A program made the translations under genes and the position numbers. Source: Phallusia mammillata (lineage: Eukaryota). Taken from it: 64,000 bases of DNA. This document shows, one piece after another, positions 49,852-61,271 of this stretch (positions are counted from its first letter, which is position 1; each line of letters opens with the position of its first letter). Under the pieces are notes generated by a model. That model worked only from the letters and a program-made list of their open reading frames with translations. It ran no database searches and had not been told where the DNA came from. The DNA lies in assembly GCA_965637545.1 (NCBI GenBank), contig OZ281497.1, positions 15,128,001 to 15,192,000 of the forward strand, read 5' to 3'.

Positions 49852-52800
49852 ATGTCATATCAACAAGAAGATGGTGAGTTCGGTTTTGTTTTAAGCCAAA
49901 ACTTTTTTATAATGTAGGTGTAGCAAACATAAGCATTTAAAATTTGTGAAGTGATTATAAATTTGGATATTTGCCAACATTTTTGGCGATAGTTTATGGC
50001 ATTTTATTTTTGTCACCATCGCCTTTTGTAACGTGAGTTGTATTGCATTGCGATTGTCGTAATATTGCCAGTTAATCATGAATAATTGATAGCGCCTTTA
50101 CACGGTTGACCAGCGAATCTGCACCGTAAAAGCATAAGAACTGTGTGACTTGTGCTGCTGGTGCCGTACGTTAACAGTGTAAGGTCGTCGAGTGCCAGAC
50201 TGGTGATAGGACAAAACTATGGAGCGATAACAGGCCGCTTCCTCTTCTACAGGCTTATACCAGTACATCCGCTTTCGTCATATCTATTTTGTGCCTTGCA
50301 TTGTTGCACTGTCCACACGGAAAAGCTGATCACGTTGTTACTAAATCAACACAAACCACAACCTACTAAGCAACAGTTTTTGCAATAAGGCGAATTCACT
50401 TATTAAATATATAGTCAAGTAACCGCGATTTGTATTTAACTATAATCTCATTATTTACATGTACAGGTGGGGAAGACAATTTGGACACCAACTACGATTT
50501 CCTCATCAAAGTGCTACTACTCGGCGACTCAGGGGTGGGGAAGACCTGTTTCCTGCATCAGTACACGGAAGGAGAGTTTAAGCAAAAGTTCATAGCTACA
50601 GTCGGTGTCGATTTTCGTCTTAAAAAGCTGGTAGGTCAAAAATTGCATAACGATGACCTAGGGTCCTAGGACGTTACCATAGTGCAGGGGTGGCCAACCG
50701 GTCAAAGCCTAAGAGCCATATTTTTTATTGTATTACCACAAAGAGCCACAATATACACATAAGCACATATGTTTAATGGTTCGTCACTACGTCACACACA
50801 GCAACCTGTGCTTAGCCAGATTTATTCTAAATGTCGCACACCAACAAAATAATGACACAATTTGACTTGTACAGACCACGGGCCAGTCATTTTCGATAAT
50901 CAATGGTTTGCACTGTTTCGCACACAAAACTCTCATTTCAACGAATCCAACAAACAAAAACATACGAATTAAAAAAAAAACATTTTTCACTGCCAGTTTG
51001 AAGGCTAACTCGACAAATTTGTTTACTCAAAAGATTTTCCCTGCTGCAAAACTTTGCGGTATTTTCATCTAACGCGCATGCGCCCCAAACTTAGGTGCCG
51101 ATTTTAGCTAAAATGCAAAGTGGCGAAACTAAATTCATTGCGACGTCACTAATGCATTCACCACCAACACTCGCTCAATTCAAAGCCAAGACAAACTGCC
51201 CATAAACTATAACGTTCGTCATAACCCGAAAAACAACGGATTGAAGCATTATTTACTTTGGAACACATTTGTTGTAAATATTGCTGTTGCTTTGTATCTC
51301 ATTCGCATTGTACATAACAATGAGCAAACATTCATTGTTCAACAATTGAATATATGCCATCATAATCAAGTCATTTGCCACATAAGGTTGCAGTTTTAAG
51401 GCAAGCTTTGAGGCCATACCGATAGTAAGTTTGTTCAAAAGCAAGATTGTTAAAGCTTTACTTTAAATTTAACAATTTTTGTACCAGATCGCGACATACT
51501 AACCAAAATATACACAGTGCCCCCAAACTTCGACAACGACGTAAGAGCCGCATAAAACCAGGGGAAGAGCCGCATGAGGCTCGCGAGCCGCGGGTTGGCC
51601 ACCCCTGCCATAGTGCATCGCTAAGGACTATTGACGCATGGGGTGTACAAATGCCTTGTGATCTGGCGGTCAAACCATATATACACTATTAATCGATGTG
51701 TTCTGTAGATTAGGAAGGATGGGATGTACATGCCCTATTTACTTTGTATCTTGTTTATGCAGTTTTACGAGTTTCCTGAAGACGACGAGGAAGATTCAAA
51801 AAAGAAAATTCATTTGCAACTATGGGACACAGCTGGCCAAGAAAGGTTAAACGTTTTTTGTCCCCCTATGAGACCCAACTTTTCTTGCAACGACCGTATG
51901 TTTTCAATCATTATCGGCCCTTGAAGTTTGCTTAAGAGAAACGAAAATGCCATGTAGCCAAAAAACGTCTTTGAAGACGAAACTTTCTGCAATAAACAAA
52001 CAAAATAAAACCTCATTTTCTATACTTGATTGGCGTACATAAAATGCCGCAACCATTCCATATTGTTTGTGGATAGTGTTGTTAAATATACATGAATTTT
52101 AGCAACGTCCTGATAAACTCCTGGTATTTGCTGAGAAGTCCGGTGTGGTAATTGGCCAATATTATTCGAAAATCGGCAGTAATGTGTTAGCGTCACTCTT
52201 GTAGACATACATGGCTGCACGATATGTAAGTCCACGGGTTTGCTTTCACTTTTTGATCTGGAAGATGCGACCTGCTGGGGTTTAAAACAAGCAAACGCTT
52301 CTAATAAAACACGTTTCATTTTTTTACGAAACAAATGGAGGCCATTCAATATTTTTTGATAACATGGCCCTGCAAACAACACATTTTTTCAAATTGTATG
52401 GTCTGACAGGTAGCTTCTACTTCGGACCGCAGCCAAACTGTGGGTCGTTTATTTCTAGTAAAATGTCACGCTTTACAATTTTAATGACATGTGTCTAAAA
52501 TGAAATTCGCGTGACTAACATGCATAAATTAGACAAAAGAGACAGATTTTAAAAATTAAACAGTTTCTAGGTCAACCACTTCGCTAATTTTAAGTCATGG
52601 GATCTCATTTAATTTTTATTTATATGCTGTTAAACCATAAAAAGGTTACACTGCTTTACGAGTGATTGCGTATTTTGAAGGAGTCGTTGCAAAGACAGCT
52701 AAACGACCGGCAAACTAATCATATCAATTATTTGTTTCAGGTATCGCAGTTTGACGAAGGCCTTCTTTCGTGACGGGATGGGGTTTCTACTTCTGTTTGA

Positions 52801-53930
52801 TCTTTCACGCGAGACAAGCTTTCAATCCGTGCGACAGTGGCTCAGTGAGAACATATTGATCGGCGCAAAACGAACCGATCAATTTAGCAAGACAATATAT
52901 ATGCGAACATATTATAGCCATCAAATAGATTTGCAACGCGTTTTTCTGGATGCACAATTTCGAAATAATACGAAAACCAGGAAGTGATTAATAATTTACG
53001 TTAAGCTAAAGCCAAGGCAGCTTTCGAGATGCCAGCATTAGGTTTTCTCGCATGGTCAAATTTTCTTCTGTTTCCGCCTGTCAAAGTATGTACGGTTGTC
53101 AAAAATACAGCTGTGGTTGTATAGAAAAGTAGAATTTCTTTGCTAACCTGCCAGACAGAATTGCTGTTTAAATGCGGCGATGTTTATTTCGACATCACTT
53201 ATTTCACCATGAATTATGTAACATAAACATGTGCGAAACCACAAAACCACACAATAAACGTTTTGGCGTTTGCTCGTTATGCTCTAGATTTAAAATAAAA
53301 CACATTTTTTCGCAGACGAGATCAAAGAACAGGCTTACTGCGACAATCCCGATATCATCTTAATTGGAAACAAGAACGACTTAGCAAACTGGGAAGTTAA
53401 AAGTGAACAGGCAAAAGAGCTTGCCAAAAGTGTTGGGTAGGTACCACTCTCACTGACTAAATGCCAATGTATAACAACACGATTTAACCCGTCGGGGTTC
53501 AATTTGTCACCGGTAAAACCCGAAGTATATTCTACTAGGCTTTTGAAGTATATGTTAGGTATCACCAAACAACGAAGCGTCCGCACAGGAGGTTTTGCCA
53601 TTAATTTTTGCAATGCCACATATCATTAAAGGCGTTGTTAGAATTGCCGCACACAGTACACAAAACGCAAATTCAACACGATGTTTTCATTGCAGTATTC
53701 CCTACATTGAATCCAGTGCCGCTACAGGAGAGAACGTCGAAAAGGCTGTAAACATGCTCCTTGATCTCGTTATGAAAAGAATGCGAGAATACGTTTCGTC
53801 AATGGATTCGGATTCACCCAACGGAGACTCAGCACAAGCAGAGCAGGTTGCCCGTGCAATGCCCAACAGCGGAAATGTTTCGATTCCGGAGCCCGCAGAG
53901 GAAGAGAAGAAAAGTTCATGCCCGTGTTGA
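49852..53930 (+). CDS. RAB27: Rab27-like small GTPase, 242 aa, 6 exons
   Basis: Exons 49852-49873, 50467-50630, 51763-51845, 52741-52844, 53316-53436 and 53696-53930, in phase. [77 protein letters not shown] and a C-terminal CPC prenylation motif. Confidence 0.93.
50685..51607. mobile_element. Non-autonomous hAT-Charlie element, 923 bp, in Rab27 intron 2
   Basis: Perfect 15-bp TIRs CAGGGGTGGCCAACC / GGTTGGCCACCCCTG. Perfect 8-bp TSD CCATAGTG at 50677-50684 and 51608-51615. Confidence 0.95.
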
Positions 53931-54823
53931 GGGCCGAAAAAAAGTTGATGGACTAATTTTTGAAAAAGTGCAATATCTTAAAGTTTTGATCAAACCGTCT
54001 TCGACTCGAGTTTTATTATTCGGTATCATACTTTTTAGTATAAGGTTGAGATTAAAAATTCCCAGGACACTTCAAAAAGGTGCACATTTCAGTATAGACA
54101 AGAAAGTATATAGTGTTACACCCATGCAAAGTATGAGTAGTTTGTTTCTTGTAAGTTGTGCATAAAGCATTTGTCTTTCAAACGTATTCAAATCTTCCGA
54201 ACTACAGTGTTTCATAAAAAATAGTGATGAAATGCCAAGATATAATTGCTTTTTAAAACCGAGTAGTGTACGAAAATGTGTCTGTTATATGTGTTCTCTG
54301 ATGTGTGTCTCACATGCGACACCATGCGACAAAATATTTGTATGAAGTGTATTGTGTTTACTGTATGGGGAATCAAAGTGGTATGTTCTAAATTGATTAC
54401 CTTTTTATGAACTTTCTTTATATTTCCAATACCTGTATTGAACGCGCAAGGAATAAAGACCATGTATGTTTTAACAAAAGCGACAGAATACCTATTTCTA
54501 TTTCAATTATATTACCCCTTTTATTGTAAGACCTCGTTGTAAGATGGTCAGTCTTGTTTCGGTGAATTGATAATGCGAAAGTGAAACAAAAATTTAGGGG
54601 ATAATCTGTTTCGAATGTCCTGGTAACTACGTCAAAGAAAAGAAACAAAAGCCCTCAAGCATCGCCCCAGGCTACATTACGCGAACTATAGCAGTATTCT
54701 ACAGCTGATATCATTCAGTGAAGCAGCTTGTACAGAAAGAAAGGTGTTCAACAACAGACAAACATAGAGAAGAGAAGCAAAACATGAAATTAGGGTTACA
54801 ATTAACGTAAAAGGAAGTTTTTA

Positions 54824-57800
54824 ATGTTGCGACGACTTTTCGTAATCATAGTCTCGTTAGCTTTTTGTACAACTTTTCTTACTATTCAGCAAACACAACA
54901 GGTAAGTTTGGTAAGGTTGACTTGATTGGTTTTTAAACCCTGCTAATTTCTTACTAACCGGTAAACTTTATTTCGTGCTTCTCTGGAAAAACGTTTGCCA
55001 ACTTACAAAAGAATTAAGCTCAGCAATTGGATTTTTGCTCAAGATCCCAAAACTCAATTTACTTTTTTGTTTTTAACAATTAACAGTACAAACTTGGCTA
55101 TGCTTCAAGCATTTCGATGGCAACTCCACACCCCGTTTTCCTTGGTATGAAGCGAATAACTCTGATGCGAATCGAACAGCGTAACAAGCTCGCGAACAAA
55201 CACGATGAAAATTCAAAACGAAAAATTACCAACAAAATATCCCAGGAGCAGGACAATCAAAGGAAAAAATGGTCGTTAACCAGAAGTCGAGAAAAACTGC
55301 TCGTTCCTATTCTGTTTTACAACATGGGCCCGAACAATCTTTTCAGGTACTATTTACAAACAACATATTAAACTGTAATACAGTAAAACCAATGGACGAT
55401 GAAATCCTTGGTAAAACAAAATCTAGTTCATTTTTATGTCGACGTATTTCGTTTTCCAGGAACTGATGGTGCCACATAGGCGAAATATATATATTCCTTT
55501 ATCTGAACCCACTGATTCTGTTTTACCAAGGATTTTATCGTCCATTGGTTTTACTGTATGTTAGTTAAAAAGACGAACAGTATTCGTCAGTTTAAGTCGT
55601 GCTATTGATGGTTTTGATCTATTACTATAAAGTTGTCATTTTGACATAATAAAACTGTAATTTATGTGTCATATTTTTATGTTTGTGCAAAGGATATTTA
55701 AAGAGACGGTTCCGTACGCTAAAGCCCTAAACAGAACCCTAATTATTCCACCATTTCACCACCATCCGCGTATGAGACTAAGCCAAGAAGGTAAGTAACG
55801 TTACGTTACATATAAACCTAATGTGCTAGCTAGCGGATGACGTTTATACTACGAAATTAACATGTTTTTGTTTGAAACAGACAGAGAAGGTAATTCGACA
55901 AGTGACGTGGACATTCAAATATTTGACGAAACATTTCAATCAGTGGTAGAAGAAAATGCGGATAACATCGTTGACGTACAATTACTTCGCCAATACGTTG
56001 CCGTTGGAAACATGAAATTGTAAGTAAATTGACTTTCCCATTTGAGTTTTGCAATATACTTGTTGCGCGATGGTGCAGAATCGAATTTAAATTTTCGTTT
56101 TCTGATTTTAACTAAGGTTCAACAAGAAATGCGGAAAACACATTGACTTACTTGTAACATGCGGTGATGTGTCCGGGAAGAGAGAGGCCGGTTTGCATCA
56201 TTTTACCTCCTTTAATGACATCACTGTGACAAGAAACTTGACTGTTGACAATCTGCGTGACTTCACAGAAAATAGTGGTTTGCAAATGTAAGTACATCGT
56301 CATGTTGTCGTGGATCAGTCTTTATTGATACTGCAAAAAAAAGTTTTTACTCAAACCCCATCTTTTTCATCTAACATGTTGTGGTTTTTCCTAGAAATTT
56401 AAAATCGGTGACAAAAGTGAGTCGAGTCTTGGGCTGCGTCGGGCTTGCAATCGGATCTAAATGTTTGGGAAGCAGAAAAGACTGGTTCGACCAATGGCAA
56501 GATATTTCAAAATTTGTTAAAAGGCCCGTTAATGTTAGGGTAAGTTATTACCTACCGCAAATACCGTGCGTCGTAGCGATGCCAAAGTTAGCAAATACCA
56601 TACATTATAACAGCGGTTCTTTTTTTGTCCACGCCCCCCTAAGGTGTTTGTCGGGCACTTCACGTCCCCCTGAAACAGCCAAAAAACGACAGTTTATCGA
56701 ACACATGCAGCAATGGAACTACCAGAAGTTTCCGTTGCCTATGTTGTAAACCAGGGATGACCTAATTACGGCCCGGGGGCGTTAAAGATTGTGCAAACAT
56801 TCATAGAACATTTTAGCAATAATTTTACCTGGTCTAACAGAATTACAAGGCATAAGTGTCAACCAAAAGCAGTTTGTTATGTCACATACAAAAGCAAAGA
56901 ATAGTAACTGTGTGTTAAAAATTGCCTTTTTAGTTCTTTGTGGTAGAATAAACGTACATTATTTGGTATGTGGCACTTTTCCATTTTTCATAATTTTACA
57001 ATTAAACAGCGGCACAATCTGAATACAAATAATATCATGGGAAGACATGAACCATATGCGGTCTCGTCAAAATCGCCTCGCGAGTGCCAGTTTGGGAAAA
57101 GCTGCACAGGGCTTGTAACCCATGCGGCTCTCTAGCGTGATTATTAAAATTATCCGGCCCGCAGTTAAAAAATTTAGTGACCCACGTTCTAAACTGACAA
57201 ACTAAAAACTTTGCCACGTATGTCATTATTCAAGTTTGTGTTACGCCATAAGGCATCATCATATTCGTTTTTTTAAAAAACGTTTGTGCTCGCAAACAAT
57301 ACACTACACTTGCTAAAATAATTTGAGGAGAAGGTGATCCATTGGCTCACTCCCCCCTTGGAAATGTCTGGCGCCCCCCAAGGGGGGCGTGCCCCTCTGG
57401 TTAAGAACCACTGCATTATAACATTTAACCCGATAAAAAAGTCATTATAAAGCACAGATGTTTAAAATCTGTTTTACATTCAGATGTTGGCCAACAGGTT
57501 TTTGTCTCATTCGCTAAAATCAAAAGGATATTTGGCTGTTCATTGGCGATACGAGTACGAAGACTGGAGGGACATGTAAGTTGCGTGATATGTTGATTTT
57601 TTATTGTGACAATTGCTGTTGAAATTATTTTATAGGTGCAAAGATTCTCGCCCAAAATCGGTTCGAAACATTAACAATCCGATGTGCACTCTTGCACACA
57701 AATTTACCACTAACTCGTCTTTTCTTCATGACTTGTTGACGGCAATCGAAACATTTACGTTAAAGAAAAACTTACATGCGATCTACATCTCCACGCCACC

Positions 57801-58393
57801 TCAAGTAAGCAACATAACGATCAGTAATTTGTAAATTTTGAATCGAACCTAAATGATCAATATATCCACAGTTAACTGTTGCACTCGATGCGATCAAGCC
57901 GTCTTGGCCACGGCTGTACACTATAAGCGACATTGCAGAATATGCCTCCAACACGGATGATTTCCAAACAAACGTTTTTGAAACCAATTTTGCAGTCTCG
58001 TTTTTGGAACAAGAAATTTGCTACCGTAAGTGAAATATATTTTTTCGATTTTCCTGTCAATCGTTTACGGCGAAAAAACAAACAAAATATTAAAGGTATT
58101 GAACTTTAGGAAGCAGCTATTTTTTGGGAAGTCCGCTATCTTCATGGACCCAAACAGTTTTGCTGGATCGAGTATCATCTGACCTTCATCAACATGGGAG
58201 TGTGCTGGATGTTATTTCGGAAGGTACGGACTTTTTACCTCTGTTAGTTTGATAGTAGTTTACTTACATTTTATAACATAAAATTGTTAAAAACTGTTTC
58301 AGTCGTGGTTGGTATATTGTAATATAGTACGTGTTTTTAGGTGACAATTCTGTTTATCCGAAGCTTACCTGGTATTTTCCTGAAGGGCAATAA
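54824..58393 (+). CDS. O-fucosyltransferase-family (GT-B, POFUT-like) type II membrane protein, ~490 aa, 11 exons
   Basis: Exons 54824-54901, 55087-55346, 55693-55790, 55881-56019, 56117-56287, 56395-56539, 57484-57575, 57636-57804, 57872-58025, 58110-58223 and 58341-58393, in phase (1473 nt). N-terminal anchor MLRRLFVIIVSLAFCTTFLTI, charged stem, then GPNNLFRIFKE..AKALNRTLIIPPF, YLAVHWR, IYISTP and SFLEQEICYRSSYFLGSPLSSWT. Mostly missed by the ORF track. Confidence 0.82.
56752..57186. mobile_element. Degenerate hAT-type MITE in intron 6 of the fucosyltransferase-like gene
   Basis: Starts CAGGGATGACCTAATT and ends AATTTAGTGACCCACG (10/16 TIR match). Flanks TTGTAAAC / TTCTAAAC match 7/8. Confidence 0.45.
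57320..57413 (-). mobile_element. hAT-Charlie TIR end fragment
   Basis: Minus strand reads CAGTGGTTCTTAACCAGAGGGGCACGCCCCCCTTGGGGGGCG, a typical Charlie MITE terminus. The other end was not located; left boundary approximate. Confidence 0.6.
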
Positions 58394-59046
58394 TTGTGTT
58401 TTGTTCGGCCTCAACTTATACCGTCATTGCTTATGTTTTTATGGCAATACGTGTTTATAATTGTCTAATTGTCGCACTGTGCATGAGTTCATTCTTGCAA
58501 TAAATCAAATTCACAGCGATATTTGACCCAGACATACAGAAAGCAGCCTAATGTAGCAGAGGGCAATGCTTGAGCAAATTGTTGCTGTTTTCGTAAATAT
58601 TTACAACCTAGCTTATCAGCATTGTATACATGATGATGGATGTCATCGATAGATTGGGGACGAGCATCCCGCCACAAACAAAGAACCAAAACCCCGATGA
58701 TTAACAAACCCCAGATTTCGTCTGTTTCTGAAGTTTGCATACATCAGCGGCAAATCCTATAAACGTCAGCGAAAGTTTTTCGCGGAACTGATTTTGCTGT
58801 GGGAGCAATGCGGTTCAAATTCGTTAAACTTCACAAACTGTTTTTTGTCTGTTGAAAAAAGCAGACATTTTGCGCAACTATATAAGCAACGACAGGTTTG
58901 GCAAATTTCTGTTTGCAAAGGGTCGTTCTTTCGACCACTATTGCCGAAATATAATGTCAATCAATTGGGAAAACGAAAATATTAAAAACTGAAAAACAGA
59001 ATCAAAAATTGTGTCCGTCAGGATGCCTAGGCCTATCGGGCAAAAA

Positions 59047-61271
59047 ATGGAGAGTAGTATTGTCAAAATTGCAATGTTAACTGCATTATTTTTTTGCCAA
59101 GTTGAAGCCCAAGATGCTCACGGTAAGTGATTTTTCGTATTTAAGCCAAGTCTCGTAAATAGCAGATACTCACAACTTCAAACCGCAACGTGCTTTGACG
59201 AAAAAGTCGGTAAACAAACTACAAACTAAGGTTTTTTAAACACAAAGTCTTAATCAGACGTTTCGGCGAGTGTTAATGACATATTCAGTGATAATAAAGC
59301 AAGTCGCTTTCAATGTGTATTTAGGCATTTGTATTCCTTACATAGAATATTGTAACATGAACAAAAACATTTTGCTTATTCATGCAGCCGGTCATGCTCA
59401 TGCGCAGTTTGGAAAAATTAAAAGCATTCCTTACAAACCACGCCTACAATCTCAAGCATCCAACTTGAACACGGCACGCATCGATGACGTGGTATAACAT
59501 TATTTCATTGCCACTTGTAGATATTTTTCATGCCATTGGTTGTTAAATTTTAAAACGTTTTGAAGGTTGAAATATTCAAGCGCAATGTGCTGCGTTTAAG
59601 AAACAACCCCAAACTTGATCTGGTTTTCGTGATAGACGCATCTTACAGTGTGCAGCTGCCAAACTTTAAGGACGAGGTACAATTGAAATTTCTGACAATC
59701 AAGCAATACGACTGTAATATAAACGAAAATGCGCTTACAGATTCGGTTCGTAGCTCGGTTTGTCAGCGGCATACCAGTGTCTTACGACACGACCAGGGTT
59801 GCTGTTATCACATTTGCAGACAACGCACAAGTTTGGGTTGATCAGGTGACAGCCGACAACATCCACGACCACAAATGCTCCCTACTTGGTACTTCTCTGC
59901 CAGCAATAACTTATGCGTAAGTAAAAAAGTTTTATACTTCTTATTTGCAGATATGCACTATATTTAAGACTGTTTCTCTGTCCGCTTTTTAAGTACCGTA
60001 TTTGCTCGATTGTAAGCCGCGGCTTATATTGTTTTTTAGCTGCCGGTTGTGCGGCTTATAATCGAGGGCGGCTTATATTTTAATTTTATACCGAAATCAT
60101 TTCTACACTCCAACATTTTAAATTATTTCGGGTTCAAAACATGTATGCGTGTACAGATTATACGTCGATATACGTTCTGTCGGGTACAGTTATCAACGTA
60201 ACTAACAGATATTGGCAAATAGTCATACCATATAACTACAGAAAGATGTATTAGGAAACAATCGTATCTAAAATTCCAGCGTGCGGCTTACAATCGAGGG
60301 CGGCTTACATTATTTTTTTAACACCTCAACATGCGGCTTACAATCGAGGGCGGCTTATAAACGAGGGCGGCTTACAATCGAGCAAATACGGTATTGCCTG
60401 AATTTGGAAAGGCTGACATATAAACAAACAGTTTTCTTCTAAACTTGACTGGTTGATTATGACGTCACAAGCTAATACTGAATGAGAGCTTTGTGCTGGA
60501 CAGCAGTTGGGGAGAAAACAGTTGGAAATCCTGGCTGAGTATTCTTGTAGTTGTTTTTTTACAAGTTGTTTCTGTTACTTTTCAGGAGTGGTTCAACTTA
60601 CACATTGGGAGGTTTAACGGAAGCTAAGGTATGATAGTTGTATTCGGACAGTACGTAACTTTTAACTTATTGTGTGAGTTCAACTGCAAGATGCAGTATA
60701 AATGATGTGTTGTTTGTTCATATCATGTACAGTTTAAGACAGTAACTAGGCCGATATTAACATTTATACCTTGCAGATTTTTTATACCTTGAGTACGGTA
60801 AATATATGGCCTTATCTTGTCTTGCAGAATATTCTGGACCATGCTAGACCTGAATCCAAAAAAGTTGTATTGCTGATTACTGACGGGCGTTCAAATGGCG
60901 GGGATCCGATAAGAGTGGCACAACGCTTGACCCGAAACGGTAAGCAACTGGTAATTGCCTGGCGCAGTGGCCTTCTAAGTTTTGACACATGTGATACAAG
61001 CGGCATTAGACAAATGCTTCAAGGTTTTTTATGATTATCCGACTTTGTCGCAGGAACTTAATTTATTTTGCTTCGTTATAACAAATGAAGTACATGTGCT
61101 GAAAACTGAAGTATATGTGCTAAACAGGTGTTGAAGTTTTTACCTTTGGAGTTGAATCAGGAAATGTGGAAGAACTAAACAACATTGCTTCCAATCCAAA
61201 AGAAGACCATGTGTATGTTTTAGACAGTTTTGCCGAATTCGAAGCAGTGGCACGAAGGGCTTTGCATGCAG
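59047..61271 (+). CDS. SVEP1: SVEP1/polydom, first 7 exons (signal peptide plus vWA domain); presumably continues beyond the window
   Basis: Exons 59047-59122 (in-frame alternative ATG at 59023), 59388-59491, 59566-59676, 59741-59916, 60586-60628, 60828-60939 and 61128-61271, in phase. Signal peptide; [13 protein letters not shown] (MIDAS DxSxS), [33 protein letters not shown] and [13 protein letters not shown] closely match the SVEP1 vWA domain. Ends at an open phase-1 donor. Confidence 0.9.
59996..60391. mobile_element. Tc1/mariner Tc2-type (Kanga/MER104-like) MITE, 396 bp, in SVEP1 intron 4
   Basis: Perfect 25-bp TIRs CCGTATTTGCTCGATTGTAAGCCGC, TA duplication at 59994-59995 and 60392-60393, and internal 17-nt GCGGCTTAYAATCGAGG repeats. 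Confidence 0.92.

Noticed and set aside
58489-58740. 83-aa minus-strand ORF with a signal-peptide-like hydrophobic stretch
   Set aside because: No dibasic or amidation pattern, homology or clear splice support; short hydrophobic ORFs are common in T-rich DNA.
60282-60383. 17-nt direct repeats resembling a CRISPR array
   Set aside because: No unique spacers, eukaryotic intron context, and fully explained as the interior of a Tc2-type MITE.
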